From Vitrella brassicaformis CCMP3155 (taxonomy: Eukaryota; Protista; Chromerida), in NCBI GenBank assembly GCA_001179505.1, contig CDMY01000418.1, positions 17,365-81,364 of the forward strand: a stretch of 64,000 nt of DNA. Reading direction: 5' to 3'. This document shows, piece by piece, positions 21,446 to 34,190 of this stretch. The translations under genes were made by a program, and so were the position numbers. Position 1 is the stretch's first letter. Each line of letters starts with the position of its first letter. The notes beneath the pieces are model-generated. The model did not search any database and was not told the DNA's origin. It saw only the letters and a list, made by a program, of their open reading frames with translations.

Positions 21446-24400
21446 CAGGATGCATCGATAATGACTGCGTCGTGTATCCGGTTGTCTTAAGTTGCTGGGA
21501 ACTCCGAGCGCTTGAATCGTTTCAGAAAAGGATGTAGTCGATGTACTACGATTTTTGTCAACCATATTCTGTAAGGACTCGATAGCTGGACACACGTCAT
21601 CCACGTTACTTGACGTCAGCTAATGTGCTTACGTTCGTTTGACGGTTTACTCAGAAAACTAGATCGAACTTCACAGGACAGACCGCACGAAAAGTCTCGT
21701 CAAAAGAATAACTTCAGCCGTATACCAGACACATGTGTTCCTTACCAAGCTATGAACCGAAGATGCGCATGTCATCTCCCATGAGCCACCTTCACATGCA
21801 ATCCGAACGTACTCGGTTGCACAGTATCGATCCCAGTCGCTGTGCAAATGGCAGCATGTGAGATGCATTCTCGCCAGATCCTGCACGCACTGTTGCCGTC
21901 CTCATGGGAAGGTTCATGGAGTAGAGGAGGACATGGAGAAGGTGCCGGAGAGTTTGCCCTGTCTCTTGAAGTCACTCAAGCGAAAGTGCCCCTCCACAGA
22001 CGGACCAATCATATCTCACCTGCAAAAGCACATGAGAAGCGAGGACGTGTCAGAAGATGATGTGCTACTCTCCCCTTTTGCCTGGAACAGCGGAGGTGAA
22101 CGCCCTTCTCTGGTGGCTGCGCTCAACCTCTCAACATGTGTATGTGCGGGCAACTACCATATCTCTCCTCTGGAACTCTGGGTATCGGAGAGGATGGCGG
22201 CGAGCTTTGGCGGAGCTCGCGGCGAGTGACCGGCAGCAGCGCGAATCGGCATTGTGTCCTCCTCCTCCCCCTTGGTTTTGACTGTGTCGAATTGCGTGTT
22301 ACGTATTGAGTCACACATGAGTCTTTGTCTGATGGATGCAGACGAAAGCTTAACGTGTCTCTGCAGCGCACGGATGTGTGGTTGTGTGGGCTTCATCCTC
22401 ACCTTATGAATGGCAACGAATGCCGATTACCTATCTGATTGATATCCTGCGAACGCAATACGATAAATCAATCAGTGCAAAGATGACCGTACGTGATTGC
22501 TCTATACGTCTGTGGCCTACGCAGATGCAGGCGCACAAGGTTGAACGTGCGTTGACGATGCGAAATCAATGAGAAACCGAGCTACTCTCAGGATATCTTC
22601 CGGCGCATTTTGACGCGCGACTGAGCATGTATCCACAAGTTTCTCGAGCCACAAATCGCCACACAAGACGACAACACGGTCACTGAAACACGTTGAACCA
22701 CACAAACAGGTCTCATTCACTTTCAAACAAGACGCCCCCATAAAACGCCCCCGCATCGTGACAGCGCGCAGTCTCCCTTTGCAAAGCTCCACCGATACCA
22801 ATGCCTGCCGTCCTACCCAAATGCACTCATCTTCCTATGCATCATCGTTTGCCTGGAATACCAACACGTCTGTCTTTTAAGGCCCCCCGCCCGGGGGGGA
22901 TTGCATCGCTCCTCTCGTCGAAGCCTTTGTAATTGCTGCCTCCCTATTCCCCAACACTCGCCGCATGCACTCAGCAAACAGAACGATAAACTTGGAATAA
23001 AGCGAGTTGCACCACACGTGAATTCTGCTGAAACCTCTGGCGTCTCCTCTTGTCCAGCCCTTCTAAAATACGTACTCAACCTCACTCAACCTCAAGGCGA
23101 CCAAAAATCACTCTCGAAAAACTGTGTATATTTGTTGCCCGCCATTTCCCTATGCTCTCCGTCTGGCCGATCACCTTTCATTACTCGGGGGCCCCTCCCC
23201 CCTCGTAACAGTTCGTCGACACGCGTCCGCGTGGGGTTCCATCGATTCAGCAGCTTTGAAGGCATGCACGTGAATTTGAGGACACACTCCCCATTACTGC
23301 ATCAGTATAATTCGAAACCCCGGCGGTAGGTGGGCCGGGGGATGCACACGACAGCCCAAGTCCTTTTCTTCCCCATGTCAGTGAGGCTCGGCGCCTCATG
23401 ACGCCTAGCGGGGCGTGCCACGGGGGATCACCCTCGCCATCACGCGGGCCAACACAACCAAACGCTGCGGTAAGGGCCCAGCCAAAAGGTGGACCACCTC
23501 TGCCTTGCTTGCGTGACCATAGCATCTGTGGTCGCTGACTCGAAAGACCAACCCATCCCTCTGTCCTTGAGCTGACGAGTGCCCCACTCGCCCTCAGTCC
23601 TGACGTGCGGCTCAGAGCTGGCAGCCCCACGAAGCTGCCCATCCATAGATCCATCCAGGATCCCGTTCAGGTGTCCATCATGGCAGACGCCATCCATCCG
23701 TGCCTCAGTCCTCCCTCTCGACAGCCTCTGCTGCGGCCGGAGGCAGGAGGAGTAGAGGACGCCTCAGCTGCGGCATCACGAACGGAGATGCCCACCATAA
23801 CTTCAGCCCTACACGCACGAGAGCTAGCAGCCACCACACGCTTCAGTACTCGCCTTTGCCTCCTGCCTCACGTGCCATGGTCTGCTCTCTTCCCGTGGAG
23901 ATCTGCCTGCCTTCCTATTACCGTGGATGAGGGAAGATGGGTGGGATTGGCGCCCGTCCGATGGAGAGGATGAGGTGAAGGCCGACAGACTAAAGATCCA
24001 AGGAGGGGATGGATGTTGCCCTGTCCGACACGCCGCTTGCTGCTGGATGCGTAGGGATCTTCACAGGTTCAGATCACACGAGTCTTTGTCCATTCACGCC
24101 ATGCCGACACAGAATCGCAAGGGAAAAAGGTCTCTTTTCGGCTCGTCTACCGATTACAACGTGTTATGTTTTCGGGACTTCCGTGGTTATGTGTCCCTTT
24201 TCCGTGACCCGACCAGTGAATACACGCCCCGCGAAAACGAAAACCAGCCCGTCCTAGCCTGGAGACACGAGTAGCGAAAGAAACCGACGGGAGACATGCA
24301 GACAGACCGACAGACACCCACCAAGGAAAATGAGTGTGGCATCCTGTGCAAATGCCATTACCGACCGTCACCATCGTCACAGGTGAGGGAGGAGGTGTAG

Positions 24401-24806
24401 TAGAGAGGCAGAAGACCCAGGAAAGCCACCCTGGTGGGTGAGCAAGAGGGGGGAAGAGGGAGAGACAAGCACCCACACATGGCAGCAGGAAGTGACCACG
24501 GCCGCCAAAACAACAAGGAACGGGCCTCGGTAGACAGTATAGAAGGTGGACTAACACAAGGAAGGCCCTCGAGGGCTTTTGATCCACGAGACGCCTTGGC
24601 CCCCATTGCATGCATGCGTGGCCCCACGGGGAGTTCGAGACTTTCTCCCGTCAAACCACTGCAAAAGCTCGCGGCAGCAGCAGCGGTCGTCTGTTGCCCC
24701 TTCCTGTGACCTCTCAGCTCGTGCCGGGAGGAGGAGGGTGTGTGTAGTTGTTGGTCCGTAAGCAGCTCATCAACTGCGAGACCTTTAGTGGCGAGTGAGC
24801 ATCGTC

Positions 24807-27276
24807 ATGTCAGGCGAGGCGACGGAGGAGGAAAGGGTGCCTCCCTCTGGGGGAGAGGGCACAGAAGAGCGACCTCAAGACCAGCAGGACACGGTGGGAT
24901 GCACATACATGCTCGCTTGCACATGCCTTTGTGCACCACGCGCTTTCCCAGAGAGAGAGAAGAGCCATGCATGGCAGCATGCGTGTATGTTGTTGGGCAC
25001 GGGGCGGATGAGGAGATCATCCTTGTCGAGACATCGGACCGACTCCGTCCGCCTCATTGGTGTGTGCCTTGCTTGTGTGTCATGCAGGAAATGACAGAGC
25101 CTGGCGAGGCGACGGAGGAACCTCCCGTGGTAGAGGACAGCAATGGTGACGCGACGGACACCGTACAAGAGGGATTGGGACTCGGTAGCGACGAGCCGAT
25201 GCCCTCACACAACGGGGCACCCGAAGGTGCGCACAGCACGGGAGATACAGAGAGAGCGAGAGAGAGAGAGAGAGAGAGGCAGACACGCCTCGCTTTGTCT
25301 GTGGACGTGTCCATGCAGGACGCGGGCGGTGGACCAAAGAGCGCGTCAACATGATAGGGCAGGCCCTCACCGGCAGCACCGCCGCCATCAAGAAGAAGCA
25401 CGCCGGTGTCGGCGGGGAAGGCCTGACGCTGTACCTGGTCCATCAGAGAGACCTCAGCGACCTCGTGTGTGTGGACGACGACGGCGAGAAGAACCTCGAC
25501 AACAGAGAGAAGGACGGGTACATCTACATCGCCACCTTTGGTGGCGTCAGGGTGAGGCGACGAGGGGATGACGCCCCTTGCGAGCCGCTTCTGATTGATG
25601 TCTACGTCGAAATCGCCGGAGGTGAGGAGGCTCAGCCGAGGTCATGGAGCAAACGTCATGAGATGCTCTCATGTGGCTCCTCTGCGTGCCTGCAGGTCGC
25701 GTGAGGGAGTATCTGGAGAGCACGAGTTGACCAGCATCGCTCGCTACTCCTTCGATGTGGACCCGATCCAGCGCGAGTGTCGGACGGACATGCTCACGCC
25801 AGGTGGGCGATCCGCATGCAACGGACACACACAATGTATGTGTTTTGTTCATGTCAGACATCCAGTGGCAGAATGCGCAGATCAAGCGCCTACAAGAGAC
25901 CACCGGGGAGCATTTCAACAAGCAGAAACGCCTCAAAGCAGAGTTGGACGCCGTCATGCGACGCATCCGGGACTGCCCAGCGGGCTACAACATCAGCAAG
26001 GAGTTCCTCTACCGCAGTGGCATCATGGGGACTGGCTCAGGGCCATCCTCCGGTGGGCGTCGGGAGGGAGGAAGGGGGAAGGGCATGAGTGCATTCATGC
26101 CATGTTTGTGTGTGGGTGTTTGCAGCACCCACGACCGGCGAGACCACGCCGACCAACTACACCACAAGCGCATCGCCAAGTGCACCCACCACACACGGTG
26201 AGAGAGACGAATACGCACACTCGCTCGTTCATGTGATGCATACACATCTTTGTGGGCTGGTGTGTGGGTGAGCAGGCCCGCACACGGTGCCCCCAGCGTT
26301 GAGTGGACCGCCCACGTCGTCCGTCCCGCCGGCGGGCCCCTACATGGCACCGCCCGCCACACAGATGCCGCCGCACATGACGACAGACAATGGTGAGAAT
26401 ATCACACACACACTCATCACACCACACATGTCCTGACTTGGCCATGTGCTTGTTGCAGGTGCGTTGATGGGTGGCATGGGGACGCCGATGGTGCCGGGCA
26501 CCGGTGCCGTCCCTCCGCACAACTTTAACCACAACCTCAACCTCAACGGCCCCACAGCTCACGCCAGCTTCGGCCCCCACAGCCACGCACACCACCCCAA
26601 CTTCGCCACCCACAGCCACACGCCCCAGCATCCCATACCCAGCAGCGCACCCACACCTGGCCGCCCCCATCCTGGCCTGCAGCTGTGTCTGACCCGATCA
26701 ACCTACGACTCGACGATGCCCGCCATTGGCATCGGCGTCGGGAGCACAGGCGTGAGTTTGGAGGTGGCGCCCGACTTGAGGAACGAGCTGATGAAGAACC
26801 CGGCCCACTTCGCGAGCCGCAACGAGGTGCCTGCCACGCTGCACCACACCACCAGCGACGGGAGTGTGGTGGTGCAGAGGATGCCTGAGCGAGAGGGCAT
26901 GGACGGCTCCCACGCTGCCCTCCAGCACTGGCGCATCACCAGTGCGATCATCGACGGCGTCCTCGGCCTCCAGGGCGTCGAGAACAACCTCAAGTTGGAG
27001 ATGGCACTGGCCCTGATTGCTGCGGAGGTCAAGGCCCAGCAGTCGGCCTCCGAGAGCGGGGTGGGGTTCCCCAAGGCACCTCCCAAGCGCACACGCCCGG
27101 AGACGCCACGCAACGGAGGCGATCGCAGCGGTACGACAGACACGTCGGCCCATCAATCATCGCCCATAAGTGCACACATGTGTGTGTGTGTCATTCAGGC
27201 CAGTTCGGGCCGACGGGTGGCGGGCGAGGCGGGCGCGGCGGGGGAGGCTATGGGGGCCCAGCTGGCCCTCCGATGA
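24807..27276 (+). CDS. Unknown multi-exon gene (acidic N-terminus, central globular and coiled-coil part, P/H-rich C-terminus); possible 2-nt frameshift near 25715
   Basis: Chain of GT-AG-bounded exons: MSGEATEEE..., KERVNMIGQALTG...KDGYIYIATFGG, DIQWQNAQIKRLQE...KAELDAVMRR, long last exon 26446-27276. Confidence 0.55.
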
Positions 27277-28565
27277 TGAGCAGCTACCAGCCCTCCGGCT
27301 ACCCACCCTCCAGCATGCCGTGGGGCTAGACACCCCACACTGACCGGTAGCTCTGAGTAGATAGAGGGGTGAGGGAGAGACTCACCCACTGATTGCATGC
27401 CGATGGAGCTGAGGCTCCTTATAGGCATGCACACTGACTGGCAGATAGACACCAGGAAGGTGACGTAGGTAGGTGTGTCACTTGCAACGGTCAGAGAGAG
27501 AGAGACCCACTGCTGCGTGTGACAAGCACGTATTGATGTGAGTAGGGGAGGGGGAGAGAGGGGTCGTTTGTGACCTCTGCCTGCACACCACAGGCGGTGT
27601 GTTACTGACTCACTAATGCAACCTGATTGTCGGCTGACCCGACATTGCGTTGTATGCGAGCCGCATGCACCGGTGTCCATGTGGCGTGATTGGTCCATGC
27701 ATTTGGAGTGCATGGGCATGTGTAGATCCCCCACACGTCTGCGTGTGTGGATGCACGTGTTCATGCGTGCATTTGTGAGTAGAGGGGCAGGAGAGGGAAA
27801 GGGTCGGGCTGTGACGAGATGAGAGACTTGAGAGCGAGGAAACAGCAGACACCTGATTGTGCCGTGCTTGAGACATTGAATGCAATGACTCGATTCAACC
27901 GATTGAAACCATCACAATCGATCAGTCCCACACAGATATACACAAACGTTGGCACACATCACACGTCATGATGCGCCTGGCTGCAAGCTGTGTGTCTCTG
28001 TAGGCTGTTGTCTCATGACACCCACTTTAGTACATTTCTCTTTCCTTGTTCGTGGAAGAATGACAGTACATGCATTAGTGGCTACCTGCATGAATTGCAG
28101 TGTTTCCGGCGATAGATGGAGAGCTGAGACATAGACGTGGCAGCAAAAGTCGGTCGTGAGACGTCCCGGTTCGACGGTGTGTCAATGTATAGACAATGCA
28201 TGCCCGTCCATTGCCCTTCTTGTTCTGACTGGCACTGGTTTGCGCCGGCAAGCGCTAAATACAAAGTGACTGGCTGAGGAGCCGTCTGAGAATTGTACGC
28301 GATGATTGGGATTTGTAAGTGAAGCGAGAGAGATACTCTGCTTACTCGGTATGCCGACCGACCGAGACACATTCACCCTGTCCTATGCAGTCAGTTGATT
28401 GGTTGAATGATTGATTGACTGATTGATTAATTGATTGGTTCGTGTACGTACAAGCCCCGACTGTCGTCTCTGTGAATCCATGTGGTGCATCTGCCGACAC
28501 TGTCTGGCTGTTTGTATGTGTTGCAGGGTGACTCAATTCAGTGCATGGAATCAGTCGAATCTCCC

Positions 28566-29114
28566 TGTCAATGATGATGGATAATGCTTCGCTAGAAAAG
28601 GGAGGGAAGGCCCACCAGCGTCGCAGCGGCGGCAAGAGTACGAAACGACAGGAAATGACGTCGAGAATCAGAGTTAGAGTCTCGTTAAACGACTCCTGCC
28701 GCTCCGGAGCGACAGGCCTCGCGCTCCAGAGCGAGAGGCGAACGGCGCCGGAGCGGGACGAAAGGCTCCAGAGCGAGAGCTGGCGCTACGATTGGCCACT
28801 GGCTGGGCATTACGGCTTTTTCCGGTCATCCCGAAGGACGAAAGTGCCGATTCGTTGATGTTTTCGGTGCTTGTCGATTTTTCACTGATTCCAGCCATCC
28901 TCATCCCTTCGGCGACTCCTACCCACTGACTGTGAAGCTGCCTGCTTGATTGTTGAAGAAGGAAGTCAAACCAACCAAGCCCGAGACGTCAAGGCGTGCC
29001 AAGAAGCAGACGGAGAGCTGTGTTGCCGAGGTTGCTGGCCTCAGCAGTTGTCGTGAGTGAGTGAGTGTGTGTATTAGTCGTTTCAGAGCCTGCCGTCGTC
29101 AGCAGTGTGGTGCA
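28566..29114 (+). repeat. Left terminal repeat copy (starts TGTCA, ends TGCA)
   Basis: Reverse complement of 37087-37641 with about ten substitutions or indels by eye. Confidence 0.92.
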
Positions 29115-30454
29115 TGTCGACCGTGTGTATGTCGATGTCAATGCCGTATGCGAACGTGAGTTGCATGCCGAGTGTCGGGATCAACGGTCAACGTTCGTGG
29201 CTGTACGTCGTAGATAACGGTGTAGAAAGCAGGAATCGGTCCATCGAAGGTCAAACACGAAACTGCACCACCACTACACACAAACGAAACACCAGCCACA
29301 CACAGCAAAGGTGAGTGAGGATGGAGAGGTGAGGTGAGTGGGCAAGGTGGTGGTGTATGTGACGTACCGGTGAAGGCGTGTAAGGTATGCCCAGTCAGTC
29401 ACCCAACACGCTACTGAACCGAGAACCAAAACACCCTGAACCACCACACACACGCCCACACAGAGAGAGAGAGGTGAGTGGTGGTGAGTATGTCAGACGG
29501 TGTGTGTGCGAATGACATACCACATGAGGTAGGCGTAGCTCCCCGCAGGCAGTACCAAAACCAACCCTGTGTCACTGTACACATGGACCTGAAGTACCAA
29601 AGGCACACAGAAGTGGTATGCTGGATGGAACGCATCACATGTGTTAGTGCGTACCACCAGTAGGCAGTCTGTGTGTCTCAGCCATCCCAAACACATCCAC
29701 GACCATAGGTAACCACATCACAACCTGTACGCACCATCAGAGGTCACACAAGCCAGAAGTGGGTATGGTCGTGACCAGTAAGTAGATGGGATGAAGATCC
29801 ATACCGATGAGATGATCACGACGTCCGAACAAAGGCAGTCCAACCGCATGCCATCATGGACATACACCAAGAGCACTCTGCAGCCATGGCAACATAGGAG
29901 AGCGATGTATGTCCGTGTAGGAGTGAGCATGCGGTGTGCATATGTACCTGTGTCATAGTGCACGATGCCCTGGGCGATGGTGCGCTGTCCGTCATGGTCA
30001 TGGGAAGGCTGCGAGCTACAAGCTCCGTGTAACCGGTAGCAAGTAGCTCGGCCCACTGCACTGAGCCATGGCCAACATCGCACCAATCGCCAACATAACG
30101 GAGCGTGGATACAATGGGACCAACCATGATGACATATATGTATAGGCAGCTGCATGTCAGCGCGACACCCCCACCCCCATGTACCCACGCGAGCAAATGA
30201 GAGTGTGTCGGTCGAGTGCACATGAAAGTGAAAAACACTTGACCGTCACACCATCATGCATGGATATGAATGGTGTGCACCCATCACACATGTGACATCA
30301 TACACACACATACCAATGCAATGCGATGAACCCAACACCCACCAGCCCTCCATGGATGACCGAGGGCAATACACATGCACTCACACACCATGAAAAGCCA
30401 ACTGATTCACATCACTCACTCACTGCTCGGCTTCACCGGCACCATCTTGAGCGT

Positions 30455-33400
30455 CTACAAGTGCTTCTCCAGTGTGGCGCGGTCCACCGGTTTCGTGAGG
30501 ATGTCTGATGGGTTGTCAGCTCTAGAGATGTGGACCACGATATGGGTTGTCTGCTCGACGAGCTGGCGGACGTGGTGGTAACGCACATCCACATGCCGCA
30601 GCAGGCGGCTGTCCTTTTTGTTGGACGACACGTAGCAAGCACCCATCCCATCGTTGTAGAGCGTCAGCGGCCGCGCCACCAACACGTTGATTGTCTCGAG
30701 GGTATGGGCGAGGGCGTCGCCGTGCTTGGCGCACTCAGAGACGCTCTTGAACTCTGTCTCCACTGTGGAGGTCGAGACCTTGGGCTGCGTCTTGGATTGT
30801 GCGCTGACGACTCCCATCATATAGACCCACAGCCAGCCTGACGTCGACCGTCGGTCCGCCAAGTCGGCGAACGATGCCTCGGCATACCCCACCAGCTGGG
30901 CGGGATCGCCGTTCTTGTCGAAGTGCAGCCCCAGACTCTGTCGATGCTTCACATACCGCAACACACGCAACGCCGCATCATAGTCCGCCTGGTTCCATCG
31001 CGACATCCGTTTCGCCAGCTCCTTGGTCGGGTAGAGCAGGTCAGGGCGGGTGCCGGTGGCCAGGTAGAGGAGGGAACCGACAATCTGTCGGTAGGGCAGT
31101 TTGCGCTGCGGTGAGTGCTCCCACTCGTCGTCAGAGGGGAAAGGCTCGGTGCCGATGTGTGTGTTGGGGGCGATGGGTGTGGCGACGGATCGGCTGTCGG
31201 GAGGGAGGAACATGTCGACGATCTTGTGCGCGTAGCTGGTCTGATGGATGACGATACCGTCGTCCGTGTACTCGATCTGCAGCTCGACGAACTGACGCGC
31301 GATGCCCAATAGCTTCATCTTGAACTCAGTCGACAACGTCTCCTTAATCCACTCCCTGCTCTCCGCCGGGCCCATCAGCAACGCATCATCAACGTACAGG
31401 TTGACATACAGGTCCTTGGTCTTGTTGTAGAAGAGCCCCCTGTCGATCACAGACTGGCTGAAGCCCACCCTCTTGAGGAAGGCGACCATGGTGTCGTTCC
31501 ACAGTTTCGGGGCCTCAGGCAGACCGTACCATCCGCCTTTGATCTCGAGGATGTCCTCCCCCTTGATCTTGTCTGGATGGCGGGCGAGGATCTCGTCACA
31601 CGGGTAGGCGAAGACGGGCTGCTGCTGCTCTGGCATGGTGGTGTGAAGGAAGGCGCTCTCGACGTCGACCTGCTCGATGTCGTAGCGCTTCGCCAGTGCC
31701 GTGCTGATGAGCAGCTTTGCCGTGGCTGTGCGGCTGGTCGGCGCGTAGAGTGTCTCGTGTTCTCTCTCGTTCATGCTGCCGTTGATCACCAGCCGTGTCT
31801 TGGGCCGCCCGTCTGCCTTGACGACCCTGACCGCCAGCACGTGGAAGATCTGCGAGCCCACGGGGATCGTCTTCTTCTTGCGCCACACATAGGTCTTGTG
31901 CTGTTCCAGCTTGTCGACCTCCCCTGCGTCAGCGTCACGCCAGATCTGTTGATCTTCAGGGCTCATCTTGCGGATGATGCGAGGCGTGACCTTCATGCCA
32001 GGCATCATCTTGACGGGGCCATCTGCCGACACACTCACGTTGGCCTCGTGCGCCCGAAAGGCGTGCAGTTGCTGGTCCAGTGGTGTGCCGGTAGCTCCAT
32101 CAGCTTCATCCGCAACGAGTGCCGCACACATCGCAGCAGCTGCAGGGTCGATGGGTGGCGGTGCGCTCGTCTCGACCTCAATGCAGGCAGCCAAGTAGGC
32201 CGCCTCCGCCTCCACCTCACTCGACCTCTCCTTGGCTTTGTTGGCCGCATTCCACTCCTTCCTGGCCTGCTCTCTGAGCTTGGTGTCGTTCCAGGCTGCC
32301 TTGTTGGTCGCCCGCCGGTAGCGGCGGATCTCCTTGATGCGCGGCCGTTGGTACGCCGTGAGGTTGGGGTATGTCGCTGGCCACAAGATGTGACACGGAT
32401 AGCCCCACGTGTTGAACGGCTTGCCCCGGTACTCGACTGGCTGGTCGTCACCACCAGCATGGCTGACGTCGCTGCGGTTGAGAGGGACGTCACCGGGCTG
32501 CTCAGCAGGGGATGGAGATTGATGGGTGGACGGTGGGTGGGTGGGTGGTGGTGCTGCCGATGCTTGGGCCTCTACAGGTACGGCTACGGCTAACTCGGCG
32601 TCCTCGCCCTCAGGACGCGCCGGCTGAGTCACGGGCTCAGCGGCTGGCTGAGTCACGGGCTCAGCGGCTGGGCTCTCGCCCGCCTCCACAGCAATATTAT
32701 CAACAACAGCACGGCTCTCGCTGGCCGGCTGCACCCCTCCTGACACATGCTCCCGCTGTACACCAGTGGCAGGGTGGCTCTCCTGCTGCCCAGAGCGACG
32801 CGTCGGATTCAGAGGGGGGATGGGGCGATGCCACTGATATCCTTCCTCCTCAGACACATGTGCAGGAGGCCTCCTCAGCCTCTGAGGTCGCTCCTCGACC
32901 TCTAGCGGCACATGCTGCGATGGCTGCACTGGGGGCTGCTGCTCTAGTTGTCGCTGCTGCTGCTGGGTGGTGTCATCCTCCCCCCCAGCAGCACCCCCTT
33001 GGGCATCAGACGCCTCGCCCGCACCCGTCTTGAAGAACGGCAGCCCCGGGAAGGGCGATGGGTTGAAAGGGAAGTCGAAGTGATCGAACTTGACGTCGAT
33101 GCCTCGGTAGAGACGCGTGAAGTGTCCGCCCGGCAGCAGCGGCAACACTCCCACTATCGGTATCATGTCCTTGTTGTCGGTAGCCCAGCCCAGAAACACT
33201 CCCGGCTCTCCCCGTGGATGCACTCGGCTCGCCTGGTGCTCTCGTGGGATGAGGACGGTGGCCCTGCATCCGAATGGATGCAGCTGCTCGCGGCGTGCGT
33301 CACGGCCATGCTCCACCCATCCACGTGGTGTGTGTGTGAAGCCATTGCGCTTGACGAGGGACGTCATGTTGTGGATGTTGACGGCATACTGCCAGGCATG

Positions 33401-33870
33401 CTCGCCGCACCTTGTCGCATTCAGGCCGCTCGTGCACAACGCCGCCCGTGCGATCTCCCCCAGCACGCCAATCGCCCTCTCAGCCTTGCCATGATACTCA
33501 TGGCGATGTGCAGGGGTCACGATGGGGCCCTCGATGTTGAGCTCGATGAGCACTTGACCGAAGGGTGCGCCGGGCTCACACAGCTCGCTGCCTGGGTCGA
33601 CAGAGATGGCGACGATGGGTCCGTGCTCGCACTGGATGGTGCCCGTCTGCCGATGGAAGTGCCGCAACAGGTCTGGCGCCTGCGTCTTGAAGTTGGCCGG
33701 GTAGGAGACGACGAACCCAGAGAAGGCACACACGAACACCAGGACCAGTATCGTCATGGTGCCCAGCGGCCCCAGCTGGCTCCTCATGTGCCCCCAATCA
33801 GCGTGCCACAGCTGTGCGACGCGCATCTTTAACCTGTCGCCGGTAGCCAGTGCGGTGATGGACGGGCGCC
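30455..33870 (-). pseudogene. pol: Copia pol: integrase core, reverse transcriptase, RNase H
   Basis: LWHADWG / VDPGSE / HGKAERAI (DDE); KTRLVING, QVDVESAFLH, YGLPEAPKLWN, LYVDD; GYAEASFADLADRRSTSGW (Glu where Asp is usual), NPSDILTKP. Confidence 0.93.
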
Positions 33871-34190
33871 TTCTTGGCCTTGCCTTCATTGCATGGTGGG
33901 CATGCTGGCTTGAAGGGGAGGCTGGTGACGGGTGTGCCGCCTCTGAGGGTCTTGGACAGACGCGGCAGCTCATTGAAGCCCTTGTGGCCGGCACAGAGGT
34001 GGAGGTCGACAGCATTGATAAGGTTCGTGCGCTCCTGCTTGGTCAGCACCAACTCAGGCAGCTGCTTGCCCCCACCAGACTCACACTCATCGTCACCACA
34101 CTCATCACCGTCGTCGAAGTGTCCATCCCCATCATCATCATCCTCTCCGTCACCCGACTCAGCACTGGAGCACACCTCTACTCGCTCACG
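33798..34190 (-). pseudogene. Integrase HHCC zinc-binding segment, out of frame with both neighbours
   Basis: LHLCAGH...CPPCNEGKAKKAP. Confidence 0.8.

Noticed and set aside
21700-22450. Possible exon(s), e.g. RPHGKVHGVE resembling a methyltransferase motif
   Set aside because: No coherent spliced model and a single weak motif.
29108-29125. TGGTGCA as a tRNA-Gly primer-binding site
   Set aside because: Only 7-8 nt match a tRNA 3' end, and it lies inside the homologous unit in the 37 kb and 49 kb copies.
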